Both the position numbers and the translations under genes were made by a program. This document shows, one piece after another, positions 20,102-29,534 of a DNA stretch of 64,000 nucleotides. This DNA is from an uncultured Alphaproteobacteria bacterium (GTDB lineage: Bacteria > Pseudomonadota > Alphaproteobacteria > Rs-D84). Below the pieces are notes generated by a model. The model was not told the DNA's origin, did not search any database, and saw only the letters and a list, made by a program, of their open reading frames with translations. Within the stretch, counting starts at the first letter, position 1; each line of letters begins with the position of its first letter. Where the stretch lies: assembly GCA_947053455.1 (NCBI GenBank), contig CAMRSV010000004.1:1-64000 (forward strand), written 5' to 3'.

Positions 20102-20659
20102 TTATTTTTTATTTTTATTGCCGCGCAACATTACAAAACCCAGCGAGCCAACCAATACAATCAGCAACCCGTAAAACCAGAAATTTCCATCCACGTTAGA
20201 GTTTTTTTTTGCGACTTGTTCTGTAACGGTGCCCGCGCGGTCGGTGTGTGCTGCACGAAACGCATCCGCGTCGGAATCCATCGCCTTTTTATTTTCTGCC
20301 GCCGCGGCAACTGCATCGGCGGGCAAGTCCGCCTCTATTGCGGTGCGAATATCGGACTGCATGAAATCGGCATATCCTTGGAAGCATTTTTCACCAATCA
20401 CCAAAACCGGCACACCACCCGATTTGTATTCGCATTTTTCTAAAGTTTTAAAGAATTCATCACGGTTTTCTTCGTCCATGACATTAACGCTTTTTACACT
20501 AATTTGCGGATATTCATATACCAGTCGACTTTCGATAAATTCACGCGCATGATGACAATGCGGACATGTCGGCGAATAATATAGGGTTATGTTTGCCGCA
20601 TTTGCAGCCCCCACAAAAGACATTGTCAATATCGCAGCCACTTTGAATAATATTTGCAT
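20102..20659 (-). CDS. Exported glutaredoxin/thioredoxin-like protein with C-terminal anchor
   Basis: Signal peptide, CPHC, GVPVLVIG, C-terminal TM plus basic tail. Confidence 0.8.
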   Translation of the reverse strand: MQILFKVAAILTMSFVGAANAANITLYYSPTCPHCHHAREFIESRLVYEYPQISVKSVNVMDEENRDEFFKTLEKCEYKSGGVPVLVIGEKCFQGYADFMQSDIRTAIEADLPADAVAAAAENKKAMDSDADAFRAAHTDRAGTVTEQVAKKNSNVDGNFWFYGLLIVLVGSLGFVMLRGNKNKK

Positions 20660-20795
20660 ATTTTCTCCTTAATCTATTGATTTTTTATTATAGAAATACA
20701 TGGCGCCTGGTGCAAGCGGTTTTTCAAAATGCGGTGTAAATTTTTCCTGTTGTGTTTGGCGGCATATGGCGGCACAATCAAGCCCAAGGGGGAAC

Positions 20796-21386
20796 ATGAA
20801 CATGTTTACATTGACACAATTTCCGTTGCCATTTGAATATGATGCGCTTGAACCGCATATGTCTGAAAATACACTGCATTTTCATCATGACAAACATTTG
20901 GCGACATATATCAACAATCTGAACGATTTGATTGATGGTACAGAATATGAGGCAATGCCGTTGCGTAAAATTATAAAAAAGGCGGCTGCGGAAAACGCGA
21001 CAAAAATTTTTAATAATTCTGCCCAGGTTTTTAATCATGATTTCTTTTTCCATTGTCTGCGACGCGGCGGCGGTGGGCGCGTGCCGGACGAAATTGCCGA
21101 TGCCTTTGGCGGGGCGGACGCTTTTTGCGCTGAATTCAAATCAACGGCCGCCGCAATATTCGGCAGTGGCTGGGCATGGGTGGCGCGTGATGGCGATACG
21201 CTTAAAATCATTGCTGGGAAAAATGCCGACACACCGATTGCACATGGAATGCAGCCGATTTTGGCATTGGATGTATGGGAACATGCATATTACTTGGACT
21301 ATCAAAACAGGCGCGCGGATTTTATAGATTCATTCCTGGAACGAATGGTGAATTGGGATTTTGTGCTGGAAAATCTGAAGATGTAA
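20796..21386 (+). CDS. sodB: Fe/Mn superoxide dismutase (Fe-type residues)
   Basis: HHDKH, NNSAQVFNH, FGSGWAW, DVWEHAYY. Confidence 0.9.
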   Translation: MNMFTLTQFPLPFEYDALEPHMSENTLHFHHDKHLATYINNLNDLIDGTEYEAMPLRKIIKKAAAENATKIFNNSAQVFNHDFFFHCLRRGGGGRVPDEIADAFGGADAFCAEFKSTAAAIFGSGWAWVARDGDTLKIIAGKNADTPIAHGMQPILALDVWEHAYYLDYQNRRADFIDSFLERMVNWDFVLENLKM

Positions 21387-21413
21387 CAAGCGGGCGGGGT
21401 GATCCCGCCCGGT

Positions 21414-22799
21414 TTAATATCTGTCGTATATAACAGGTGTTTTGTTTGTTGTATAAATACGGTTGTTGTTTTTATTATTGTAATAAACATAAATTATATT
21501 CACCGCATCGGGCGCGACCCATGGGTTAAAGTTGCCGATAACTTGGCGTGTTGTATTCGTTGGGAAAACCGCGTGAAATGTGTTATCAAAAACGCGACTG
21601 AAGTTATCGGCAAAATTTGGTGTTGCGATTACGTTCATTATTACAATACCGCCCGGCGCAATACGCGATTTTATCCGTTCCATAAATTCTGCGGTTATAA
21701 AAGCCTCTGGTATTTGAAAGGAATTAGAATATACATCCAGTAATATGACATCATATTTTGTTGATGTGTTTTTCAAAAATTGACCGGCATCTTGGACTAT
21801 GAATTTTTTATTTGGTGTCAGTTTTTGTTGCAAGAATTTTTCTTCTGATATGTCTTTTAATGTGTGTTCTATGTCGACAAAGGTATAGTCGTTGTATTCA
21901 TCCCGCAGTCCGGCGGTAAAACCGCCGGCCCCCAGAACCAATATTTTTCGCACATGGTCGTTTGGCATTGTATACAAGAAATTGTCATTTATATAATTTA
22001 TATATTCCGCCGACATGCCTGTTGCTGGAACGTACACAGACATCGGTAGGCCGTTCATGTTTAAAATTCGCATGCCGGGGTATTGTGAAACTGAAATGGT
22101 GGAATTGGCGTTGTTTACCAGTATGCCGAAATTATTGTGTTGATATTTATTACTGTTTATATACATTGTTGGCGCAAGTATTAATAACGACGCTATTATT
22201 ATCCACACGCGTGGCCATGACAAGATTGCGCATGTGCACGCTAGTATTGCGATTGTCGCGACCGTATAATTTACGCCGATGAATGGCATAAGTATCAATG
22301 TTGTCAGCAGGGAACCCAAAACCGAGCCGATTGTGTCCCATGCCATTATAGTTCCGGTATAATTGGTATTGTGTTCGTGCAATGCGCGCGACAGCAGCGT
22401 TGTGTTAAACCCGAATAAAAACGGCCCGATTGACAGCATTGCAAACGAATATATAAATGTTTGGGCAATGGCGCGTGTTGCCCCAATGCGGTACAGCCAT
22501 GTGAAATAGTTTGTAACCAACGGAAAACTTGCGGCAAGAAATGAAAATATTGCAATTACGATAAAACTGGCGCCCAGAATACGGCGAATTTTGCCATTTG
22601 ATATTTTTTTTGATGAACCCAGGAAATATCCCAACGACATAAAACCCAGAAATGTGCCCATTATAATGCTGGTGATAACCGCGCTGGATCCGACATAGAA
22701 CCCAAGCTGACGTAGTATTACAAGTTCCAGCGATAAACTGATGTAACCGTTAAGAAATATCAACCCCAGCAACACAAATGCGAGTTTTTTGTTTTGCAT
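21414..22799 (-). CDS. Fused membrane domain/spermidine synthase-like protein
   Basis: Multiple TMs then ILVLGAGG, VDIE, DAGQFL, YDVILLDVY. Confidence 0.8.
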   Translation of the reverse strand: MQNKKLAFVLLGLIFLNGYISLSLELVILRQLGFYVGSSAVITSIIMGTFLGFMSLGYFLGSSKKISNGKIRRILGASFIVIAIFSFLAASFPLVTNYFTWLYRIGATRAIAQTFIYSFAMLSIGPFLFGFNTTLLSRALHEHNTNYTGTIMAWDTIGSVLGSLLTTLILMPFIGVNYTVATIAILACTCAILSWPRVWIIIASLLILAPTMYINSNKYQHNNFGILVNNANSTISVSQYPGMRILNMNGLPMSVYVPATGMSAEYINYINDNFLYTMPNDHVRKILVLGAGGFTAGLRDEYNDYTFVDIEHTLKDISEEKFLQQKLTPNKKFIVQDAGQFLKNTSTKYDVILLDVYSNSFQIPEAFITAEFMERIKSRIAPGGIVIMNVIATPNFADNFSRVFDNTFHAVFPTNTTRQVIGNFNPWVAPDAVNIIYVYYNNKNNNRIYTTNKTPVIYDRY

Positions 22800-22860
22800 G
22801 TCCTTCCCCTTGATTTAAGGCATGCTAGTAAAAAAATAGAATTTAGGCAAATCAAATTAA

Positions 22861-23157
22861 TCAATGCGCGTTCATCAAACGTACGTCATCAAATTCTGGA
22901 TACCGACAGAACATCGCGCGTGCGAACGGGCATAGTGGTATTATCTTGCGTTTTTGATTGCGCGCCAGTCCCGCGACACGTCGTACAAGATTCAATCCGA
23001 TTTGTGAATGTTGGTATGCAGGTTCAACATCCGTGTGGTCTATGATAAGTTTATCAAGTCCAACGCGCACGAAAGTTATTTCGCCAACATGTTTGCCGTT
23101 TTTATCTGCGTTAAATCCAAGCCCGTTGTCAAATAAAACATAGTCTATGTTATCCAT
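22861..23157 (-). CDS. Small GNAT acetyltransferase (YjdJ-like)
   Basis: IIDHTDV, KIIPLCPFA. Confidence 0.8.
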   Translation of the reverse strand: MDNIDYVLFDNGLGFNADKNGKHVGEITFVRVGLDKLIIDHTDVEPAYQHSQIGLNLVRRVAGLARNQKRKIIPLCPFARAMFCRYPEFDDVRLMNAH

Positions 23158-23233
23158 ATCATTTTCCCCCGTACAATTTGATGATAACACGTGGGTTGCA
23201 TGATATAAATATGATTGTTATCCGACTAAAATT

Positions 23234-23836
23234 TCATTCCATCCAATAACAGCGGGTGTCCGAAACTTCATATGTCCCTGTTATATCAGTGCCTGTTTTG
23301 TTTTGTATTATATAACAATCTGTTATAGGTGATTTAACATCATTTGCGTATCCGTTGTTGGGACATTGATGACAGTCATCATCTATTTCTGAATAATAAT
23401 AGTGTTCATTATAGCAATAATTGCATTTCGTGCTGGTATGCCCGTCGGCACCGCCGGCATGATTGCCGTTCTCGCATGGTTCGCAGGTACTGTCTGTATA
23501 GTATTCGTCGTATCTGCATGTATAATTTGTGATTGTACAGTTTGTAAGGGATGTAAGTGTATTTATAAGGTTTGCTTGGCCATCATATTCCAGGCATGCG
23601 CCCCAGCGTCCGTTCCAATATTCCGCTTCTAGTTCTTGTGAACGCGTGTTTGCTCTGTTTGTGCCGACCAGACATTCCAATTCATATAGTTCATCCGGAT
23701 TCGAAATGCTGAGTGGGGCCAATATATGTCCGTCGGAATTTAATTGACCACATATAGTGTTTCTAAATAAGCCGGCTGCTTTCGCGGGCACGGTTGCTAA
23801 CAATAAAATTGCCATTATCATGAATATCTTTTTCAT
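23234..23836 (-). CDS. Secreted cysteine-rich protein
   Basis: MKKIF signal peptide, many Cys incl. CxxC pairs, ITDCYI...D.TG.Y. Confidence 0.75.
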   Translation of the reverse strand: MKKIFMIMAILLLATVPAKAAGLFRNTICGQLNSDGHILAPLSISNPDELYELECLVGTNRANTRSQELEAEYWNGRWGACLEYDGQANLINTLTSLTNCTITNYTCRYDEYYTDSTCEPCENGNHAGGADGHTSTKCNYCYNEHYYYSEIDDDCHQCPNNGYANDVKSPITDCYIIQNKTGTDITGTYEVSDTRCYWME

Positions 23837-23864
23837 TTCCTGTATCCCCCTTGTGTTTTGTTTT

Positions 23865-24104
23865 AACAAAAAACCACCAATTGTATGGTGGTCGGGATGT
23901 TAGAAAAATCATATACCTTAATGACCTCGCAGCTTTTGGAATTAAACCTGTTATATAACTGCGACAACCCGACCTGTGCGTCGGGGATGACGTCGCACGC
24001 GACGTCATGAATTTTTAACGATGCTGCCTAATGCGTGCACCGAAGGTATAAGGGATTTTCTAAGTCCCGAATCCGCATTCCTTACGAATTTAATAAAAAG
24101 TATA
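23865..24104 (-). promoter_or_regulatory. Structured leader copy D upstream of the Cys-rich gene
   Basis: TATACT -10 (24104-24099); outer stem 23893-23919/24043-24069; 23965-23974 pairs with 23980-23986 or 23890-23899; terminator 23873-23879/23886-23892 plus U-run before the RBS. Confidence 0.6.
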
Positions 24105-24156
24105 AATTATCCGCTAATAAAAATAAAGATTAAAAAACGGGGACGTGCCCCGTTCT

Positions 24157-25101
24157 TTATTTTATTATCGCATCATAGTTTTTGCGGATTATTTTTTCAG
24201 ATTTTTTAAGTGCCGATTTTTCATTCGTGGATAATTTCGGGGTTATTGTCGCGGCCACGCCGTCACGCCCAACAATGCGCGGCATTGATACCGCAACGGC
24301 ATTCGTGCCGGTTCCGTTTACACTGCTGACGGTCATGATGCGGCGTTCATCGTTTATTATGCAACGCAGCAAATCTGCCGCTGCCGCGCCGATGCCATCC
24401 CATGTGGCGCCGCGGCCACGTATGATTTCGTACGCCGCGTTTCGTACACGGTGTTCAATTGTGTTGCGCGCGGTTTGGGTCAGTGGAACTTTTACCTGTC
24501 GGCAGAAATCATTGATTCCGATTGCGCCGATGCATGCCGAATCCCATGCGACAAAACTGCTGTCGCCATGTTCGCCCAGAACATACGCGTTTACAGATTG
24601 GGTTGATACGGTCAGTTGCCGTGACAATATTGTTCGCAGACGTGCTGAATCCAACATGGTTCCCGTGCCGATGACGCGGCCAGCCGGCAGTTTTGATATT
24701 TTCTGGGTCAGCATTACCATCACATCCAATGGGTTTGTGACCACAATTATTTTTACATGTTTTGGGTCTGTGTTTGCCATTATCTTTGGCACGATGTCGC
24801 GAATTACATCCGCGTTTTTGTTTAACAAATCCATGCGGGTTTCACCCGGTTTTTGATTGGCACCGGCGGCGATTATAACCGTGTCTGCGCCGCGAATTGC
24901 CCGATAGTTGTTTGCCGCGGTTATTTTTACATCAAACCCGAAACTGGCGGCGTGTCCCAAATCTTCGGCGGCGGCACGTGCACGTACACCGTCGCGGTCA
25001 AATAAAACAATTTCATGTACAAATCCAGTATTTTTTACCGCGGTGGCCACGGCCGAACCAACGCTGCCCAATCCGATAATTGCTATTTTCATATTCGTCA
25101 T
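24157..25101 (-). CDS. ldh: L-lactate dehydrogenase (LDH/MDH family)
   Basis: GLGSVG, AGANQKPGETR (Gln specificity residue), TNPLD, LDSAR, GEHGDS. Confidence 0.9.
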   Translation of the reverse strand: MTNMKIAIIGLGSVGSAVATAVKNTGFVHEIVLFDRDGVRARAAAEDLGHAASFGFDVKITAANNYRAIRGADTVIIAAGANQKPGETRMDLLNKNADVIRDIVPKIMANTDPKHVKIIVVTNPLDVMVMLTQKISKLPAGRVIGTGTMLDSARLRTILSRQLTVSTQSVNAYVLGEHGDSSFVAWDSACIGAIGINDFCRQVKVPLTQTARNTIEHRVRNAAYEIIRGRGATWDGIGAAAADLLRCIINDERRIMTVSSVNGTGTNAVAVSMPRIVGRDGVAATITPKLSTNEKSALKKSEKIIRKNYDAIIK

Positions 25102-25158
25102 CCTTTGGTTTCATACGGTCTATTATATCAAAAAATCCCCCATTTCGGGGGACTTTTT

Positions 25159-26523
25159 TTACAGGCCGTTCACAATTTCCAAAACACGCCGTGGCACGTC
25201 CGCGATTTTTATGCGTTCCTGCGCCATTGTGTCGCGGTGTCTCATGGTGACGGTTCCGTCCTCTATCGTCTGATGGTCGACGGTTATGCATACCGGGGTT
25301 CCAATTTCATCGTGCCGACGATAGTTTTTCCCAATGTTGCCAGAATTTTCCAATTCAATGCGGCCAATTTGTAATTTACGCAATGCGTTTTCAATGTCGG
25401 TTGCCGTTGTCAGCAATTCCGGAACATTACGCGCCAGCGGAATTACCGCCGCCTTGACCGGGGATAACCATGGTTTTAGTTTCAGAACCAACCGTGATTT
25501 GCCGTCGGGCAGTTCTTCTTCGGTATACGCGTTATGCATCACGGCCAGCATTGCGCGGTTAACCCCCATTGCCGTTTCAATGACATACGGGATAAAGTTT
25601 TCACCGGTCTGTGGGTCGGAATACGATAATTTGACTGTGCTGTCTTTGTTCTCCATAACGTTTGCGTTTATTTTGAATTCCGATTGTGATTTTGTATGTG
25701 ACCCCAGGTCAAAATCCTGGCGGTTGTGAATACCTTCAACCTCATCAAAGCCGTCGGGAAACGCATACTCAATATCAACCGCAGCCTTCGCATAGTGAGC
25801 CAGTTTTTCGTGCGGCAAAAAGCGCAGTGATGTTGACGGAATGCCCAAGACATCCACCCACCATTTCATGCGTGTTTCCTTCCAGTGCTCAAATTGCTTT
25901 TCATCGTCCGCTGGGTTTACAAAGTACTGCATTTCAGCCTGTTCAAATTCACGCATGCGGAAAACAAATCCGCGTGGGGAAATTTCATTACGAAACGCCT
26001 TGCCAATCTGGGCAATACCGAACGGCAATTTATGGGGCTTGGCATCCAGAACGTTTTTAAAATTCGTATATGTTGTTGTCGCCGTTTCAGGACGCAGGTA
26101 TGCATTGATTGCGCCATCAGCCATTGCCCCGATGGACAGTCCCATCATCAATTGATATGCGCGCGGCTCTGTAATGTCCGTTGAACCGCAATTGTCGCAT
26201 TTAGTTTGGTCTTTCATCTTGTCTTGACGCATACGGGTGCCACATTTTTTGCATTCTACCAATGGGTCTGAAAAGCTGCCTTCGTGTCCGGAATATTTCC
26301 ACAGCAGTCTGTTGGAAATCAGGGCAGCGTCCAATCCCTCGATATCATTACGGGAATAAACCATTGCATTCCACCACGCATTACGTATGTTTTTCATCAA
26401 TTCCACGCCATACGGGCCGTAATCATACGCCCCACCAAGTCCCCCGTAAATTTCCGAGCCTGTGAATATAAAACCGCGCCGCTTGCATAATGCGACAATA
26501 TCATTGATTGTTTTTGCTGGCAT
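25159..26523 (-). CDS. glyQS: Glycine--tRNA ligase, alpha2 homodimeric type
   Basis: CKRRGF...SEIYGG, YLRPETA, QIGKAFRNEI, FRMREFEQAEMQYF, IGKNYRRHDEIGTP. Confidence 0.92.
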   Translation of the reverse strand: MPAKTINDIVALCKRRGFIFTGSEIYGGLGGAYDYGPYGVELMKNIRNAWWNAMVYSRNDIEGLDAALISNRLLWKYSGHEGSFSDPLVECKKCGTRMRQDKMKDQTKCDNCGSTDITEPRAYQLMMGLSIGAMADGAINAYLRPETATTTYTNFKNVLDAKPHKLPFGIAQIGKAFRNEISPRGFVFRMREFEQAEMQYFVNPADDEKQFEHWKETRMKWWVDVLGIPSTSLRFLPHEKLAHYAKAAVDIEYAFPDGFDEVEGIHNRQDFDLGSHTKSQSEFKINANVMENKDSTVKLSYSDPQTGENFIPYVIETAMGVNRAMLAVMHNAYTEEELPDGKSRLVLKLKPWLSPVKAAVIPLARNVPELLTTATDIENALRKLQIGRIELENSGNIGKNYRRHDEIGTPVCITVDHQTIEDGTVTMRHRDTMAQERIKIADVPRRVLEIVNGL

Positions 26524-26631
26524 TTTATTTTTACCCCTAAATATTAACAGTGCATATATTATAACGAATTCGTTTTTTTGCAATTAAAAAAACGGAGCAT
26601 ATACCCCGTTTTTTTGTGTATCACGTATTAT

Positions 26632-26817
26632 TTATGCGCCTGTGTCGGGTGCAATTGCCGCAACCGGGCAAACCGCGGCGCATGTGCCGCATGAAATGCA
26701 CTTGGCCGGGTCAATTACGCATTTACCGTCTGCACCAACAGATATTGCGCATACCGGGCATGCACCCATGCATGTGTGACATGCAATACATTTTTGTGGA
26801 TCTATTTTATATACCAT
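26632..26817 (-). CDS. 2[4Fe-4S] ferredoxin
   Basis: Two CxxCxxCxxxCP motifs. Confidence 0.9.
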   Translation of the reverse strand: MVYKIDPQKCIACHTCMGACPVCAISVGADGKCVIDPAKCISCGTCAAVCPVAAIAPDTGA

Positions 26818-26834
26818 TTTTTCGCCTTTTGTGT

Positions 26835-27590
26835 TTAGTTTCTGTTTAACAAGCTTAACAAATACTCGAACATTGCAATGAATGATATGTACAGATGCAA
26901 TGCCCCCAATACTGCCAGTTGATTTTTTACCGTTTCATCGCCGCCCGCTGCGTATACACGCTTTAATGTCTGCATGTCATATGCCGTGAACAATGCGAAT
27001 ACCAATACGCCGATAAAGCAAACAATCGTTCCAAACGTCCCACCAAGTAATGCCGGCCATATAAACGATGCCAAACCTACCAGAACCAGGCCAATCATTC
27101 CCATCTGCAGGAATATTCCCATGAAAGACAGATCTTTTACCGTTTTGTAACCAAACATCGCCATGCATGCAAACATTATCGCAGCAATACCAAATGCGAA
27201 TAAGATTGTAAACGGATTATTTGTCACCGCAACCAGCAGCAATGGCGTCATCACAATGCCGACCAGTATCGCATAGATGAACAGCATCAGTGCGCCCGTC
27301 GCCGGTTTCATCGAAAATGCACGAACCTGTGCCCACAGGGACAGCCCCAGTCCACCGAACATTAAAATATAGAACAAGCCGGACATTCCTGTTTCAGTGA
27401 ACAGCATTCCCAACAACGGGGTTATCATTGTAAGTAATGAGGCAACCGCCGTTACTGCGACAGCGCCGAACATTAATGCGAAAATTCGTCTTAAATATGA
27501 GTTCAACCCACCCTCACGTGCAGGTGTGGCGACCGATTTTGATGTACGGCCAATTGTGCGTGTCGTCTTTTTTGTTGACATAGTTGCCAT
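26835..27590 (-). CDS. Bax inhibitor-1/YccA family membrane protein
   Basis: AAGGAG RBS, multiple TMs, GYKTVKDLS, TAYDMQ, GALHLY. Confidence 0.85.
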   Translation of the reverse strand: MATMSTKKTTRTIGRTSKSVATPAREGGLNSYLRRIFALMFGAVAVTAVASLLTMITPLLGMLFTETGMSGLFYILMFGGLGLSLWAQVRAFSMKPATGALMLFIYAILVGIVMTPLLLVAVTNNPFTILFAFGIAAIMFACMAMFGYKTVKDLSFMGIFLQMGMIGLVLVGLASFIWPALLGGTFGTIVCFIGVLVFALFTAYDMQTLKRVYAAGGDETVKNQLAVLGALHLYISFIAMFEYLLSLLNRN

Positions 27591-27669
27591 AATTTTCTCC
27601 TTGTTATTTATGAAATATATAATACAATGCCGATATAAATTCAAGGGATTATTAGAAAAGGTATATAAC

Positions 27670-27948
27670 ATGGGAAAAAGACAAAATTTACATAGAATAT
27701 ATAGACCAGCAATACAAATGCATATAAAAGAAGTGAATGAAGTGTTGGTGGGGCGTTCTGCTGTTCGTGCAGGTGTTGCAGGCTTGGGTGACAAATTGAA
27801 ATCAGTTCAGGAAAAGCTGAATGCAGAACGCGCAAAGCAGGAACCAAATCCGGTGGTGATTGCGCGTTGCGAAACTGTAATCGCTCGTTTAAAAGAAATT
27901 ATAGGTAATGCGGTAAAAACGCATGTAATTCCCCAGAATGTACGATAA
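27670..27948 (+). CDS. Small basic hypothetical protein
   Basis: ATG-started part of the ORF fills the gap before lgt. Confidence 0.55.
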   Translation: MGKRQNLHRIYRPAIQMHIKEVNEVLVGRSAVRAGVAGLGDKLKSVQEKLNAERAKQEPNPVVIARCETVIARLKEIIGNAVKTHVIPQNVR

Positions 27949-27962
27949 AGCGTCGGCTATAG

Positions 27963-28784
27963 ATGGCTATTGCAATTAACCCGATTTCGCCGGTTGCATT
28001 TTCGTTTTTTGGGCTTGATGTGCGCTGGTATGCGTTGGCGTACATTGCCGGATTTATCATAGGATACTATTTATTTCGTCATTTTATGCGTTGTGATGGT
28101 AAGGTGGCGCTTTCAAAAAAGCAACTTGATGATTTGTTGACGGCGGTTATTCTGGGTGTAATTTTAGGCGGTCGCCTGGGTTATGTTCTGCTGTATAATT
28201 TGCAGTTTTTTATTGCGCATCCTTTGGAAATTTTTGCTGTTTGGCATGGCGGAATGAGTTTTCATGGTGGCCTTTTGGGGGTAATTGTTGCGGCGTTTTT
28301 GTTCGGGCGAAAAAATAAAATCAATCCATGGCGGATTTTGGATATAATGGCGGTAATTGCGCCGATTGGTCTGTTTTTTGGGCGCATTGCGAATTTTATA
28401 AACATGGAAGTAATGGGACGCCCCACAGATGTGCCTTGGGCGGTTGAATTCCTGGGCACAGGAACTGGTTCGCGCCACCCCAGTCCCCTGTACGAAGCCG
28501 CAACAGAGGGTGTATTGTTATTTGTTTTGATGTATTGCCTATGGCGGTTTACAAAACTGCGCACACAACCCGGCGCATTATCGGGCGTGTTGGCAATGGG
28601 GTATGCGTTGGCGCGTATTTGTTGCGAGCAGTTTCGTGCCCCGGATATACAGATTGGTTTTATGTTTGGTACAAACTGGTTAACTATGGGTCAATTGTTG
28701 TCGTGTTTTATGTTTATTGCCGGCGGAATAATTTTTACAGTTGCGTTTCGTCAGAAAAAGGATAAAATAGACAAAGTATGTTAG
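27963..28784 (+). CDS. lgt: Prolipoprotein diacylglyceryl transferase
   Basis: RWYALAY, GGRLGY, GGMSFHGG, GRIANFIN, RHPSPLYEA. Confidence 0.95.
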   Translation: MAIAINPISPVAFSFFGLDVRWYALAYIAGFIIGYYLFRHFMRCDGKVALSKKQLDDLLTAVILGVILGGRLGYVLLYNLQFFIAHPLEIFAVWHGGMSFHGGLLGVIVAAFLFGRKNKINPWRILDIMAVIAPIGLFFGRIANFINMEVMGRPTDVPWAVEFLGTGTGSRHPSPLYEAATEGVLLFVLMYCLWRFTKLRTQPGALSGVLAMGYALARICCEQFRAPDIQIGFMFGTNWLTMGQLLSCFMFIAGGIIFTVAFRQKKDKIDKVC

Positions 28785-28788
28785 TTTC

Positions 28789-28907
28789 GGATGGGTGGCA
28801 GAGCGGTCGATTGCGGCGGTCTTGCATACGAGTCCGTAAGAACGAGTGGTGAGCGGCACTGTCAGGTGCCAAAAGTGAACAAAACCGTAGGTTTGAAAGG
28901 CCGCGGG
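28789..28907 (+). pseudogene. Interrupted, 3'-truncated tRNA-Ser-like copy
   Basis: 28789-28824 is identical to the first 36 nt of the downstream tRNA; 56-nt insert; resumes AAAACCGT at 28881; no T-loop. Confidence 0.6.
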
Positions 28908-28917
28908 AAACAGTTTT

Positions 28918-29007
28918 GGATGGGTGGCAGAGCGGTCGATTGCGGCGGTCTTGAAAACCGTTGAAGCAGCAATGCTTCCGGGGGTTCGAATCCCTCCCCA
29001 TCCGCCA
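28918..29007 (+). tRNA. tRNA-Ser(TGA)
   Basis: 90 nt, anticodon loop CTTGAAA, long variable arm, GGTTCGAATCC, encoded CCA. Confidence 0.96.
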
Positions 29008-29009
29008 GT

Positions 29010-29372
29010 AATATCTTATTGAAATTACTTAATTTTTTAACAAAAACATCCGGTGTCTATCGGATTTTTTTTATCGGTTTTAAGGGGGCAAATTCGGCTT
29101 TTGTGGGGTTAAAAATAAAATGGCGAAGGAATGAGTAAAAAGTCAGAAAAAAGCCCTCCTTGGGTTCGAATCCCCCGCGTTCCGCCAGGAATATCTTATT
29201 GAAATTACTTAATTTTTTAACAAAAACATCCGGTGTCTATCGGATTTTTTTTATCGGTTTTAAGGGGGCAAATTCGGCTTTTGTGGGGTTAAAAATAAAA
29301 TGGCGAAGGAATGAGTAAAAAGTCAGAAAAAAGCCCTCCTTGGGTTCGAATCCCCCGCGTTCCGCCAGGAAT
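29010..29372 (+). repeat. Exact 180-bp tandem duplication, each unit ending in a tRNA 3'-end mimic
   Basis: 29010-29192 equals 29190-29372; GGGTTCGAATCCCCCGCGTTCCGCCA at 29162 and 29342. Confidence 0.9.
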
Positions 29373-29522
29373 CAGTTATATTTTTAATATACAAACATAT
29401 CGCGTGCAAAGCCCCGGGAAATCGGGGCTTTTTTCATATAACTCATCCGGGGTATGGCGCGCATTTCTAAAAATCGGCAAATAAAAACGACTTTCTATAC
29501 AATGGCTATTTTCGGCCTGGCA
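29362..29522 (+). repeat. 161-bp imperfect direct repeat, copy 1
   Basis: CCGCCAGGAATCAGTTAT...CCCCGGGAAATCGGGGCTTTTT...AAAAATCGGCAAATAAAAA...CCTGGCA; colinear with 51438-51598. Confidence 0.9.
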
Positions 29523-29534
29523 GTGGCTTTGGGA

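Noticed and set aside
28825-28850. Hammerhead-like GAGTCCGTAAGAACGA
   Set aside because: Lacks the CUGANGA and GAAA core
28825-28880. Group I intron in tRNA
   Set aside because: Only 56 nt, no catalytic core, and the downstream exon is incomplete
29010-29372. Possible CRISPR array
   Set aside because: Units are 180 bp and fully identical, with no unique spacers and no cas genes
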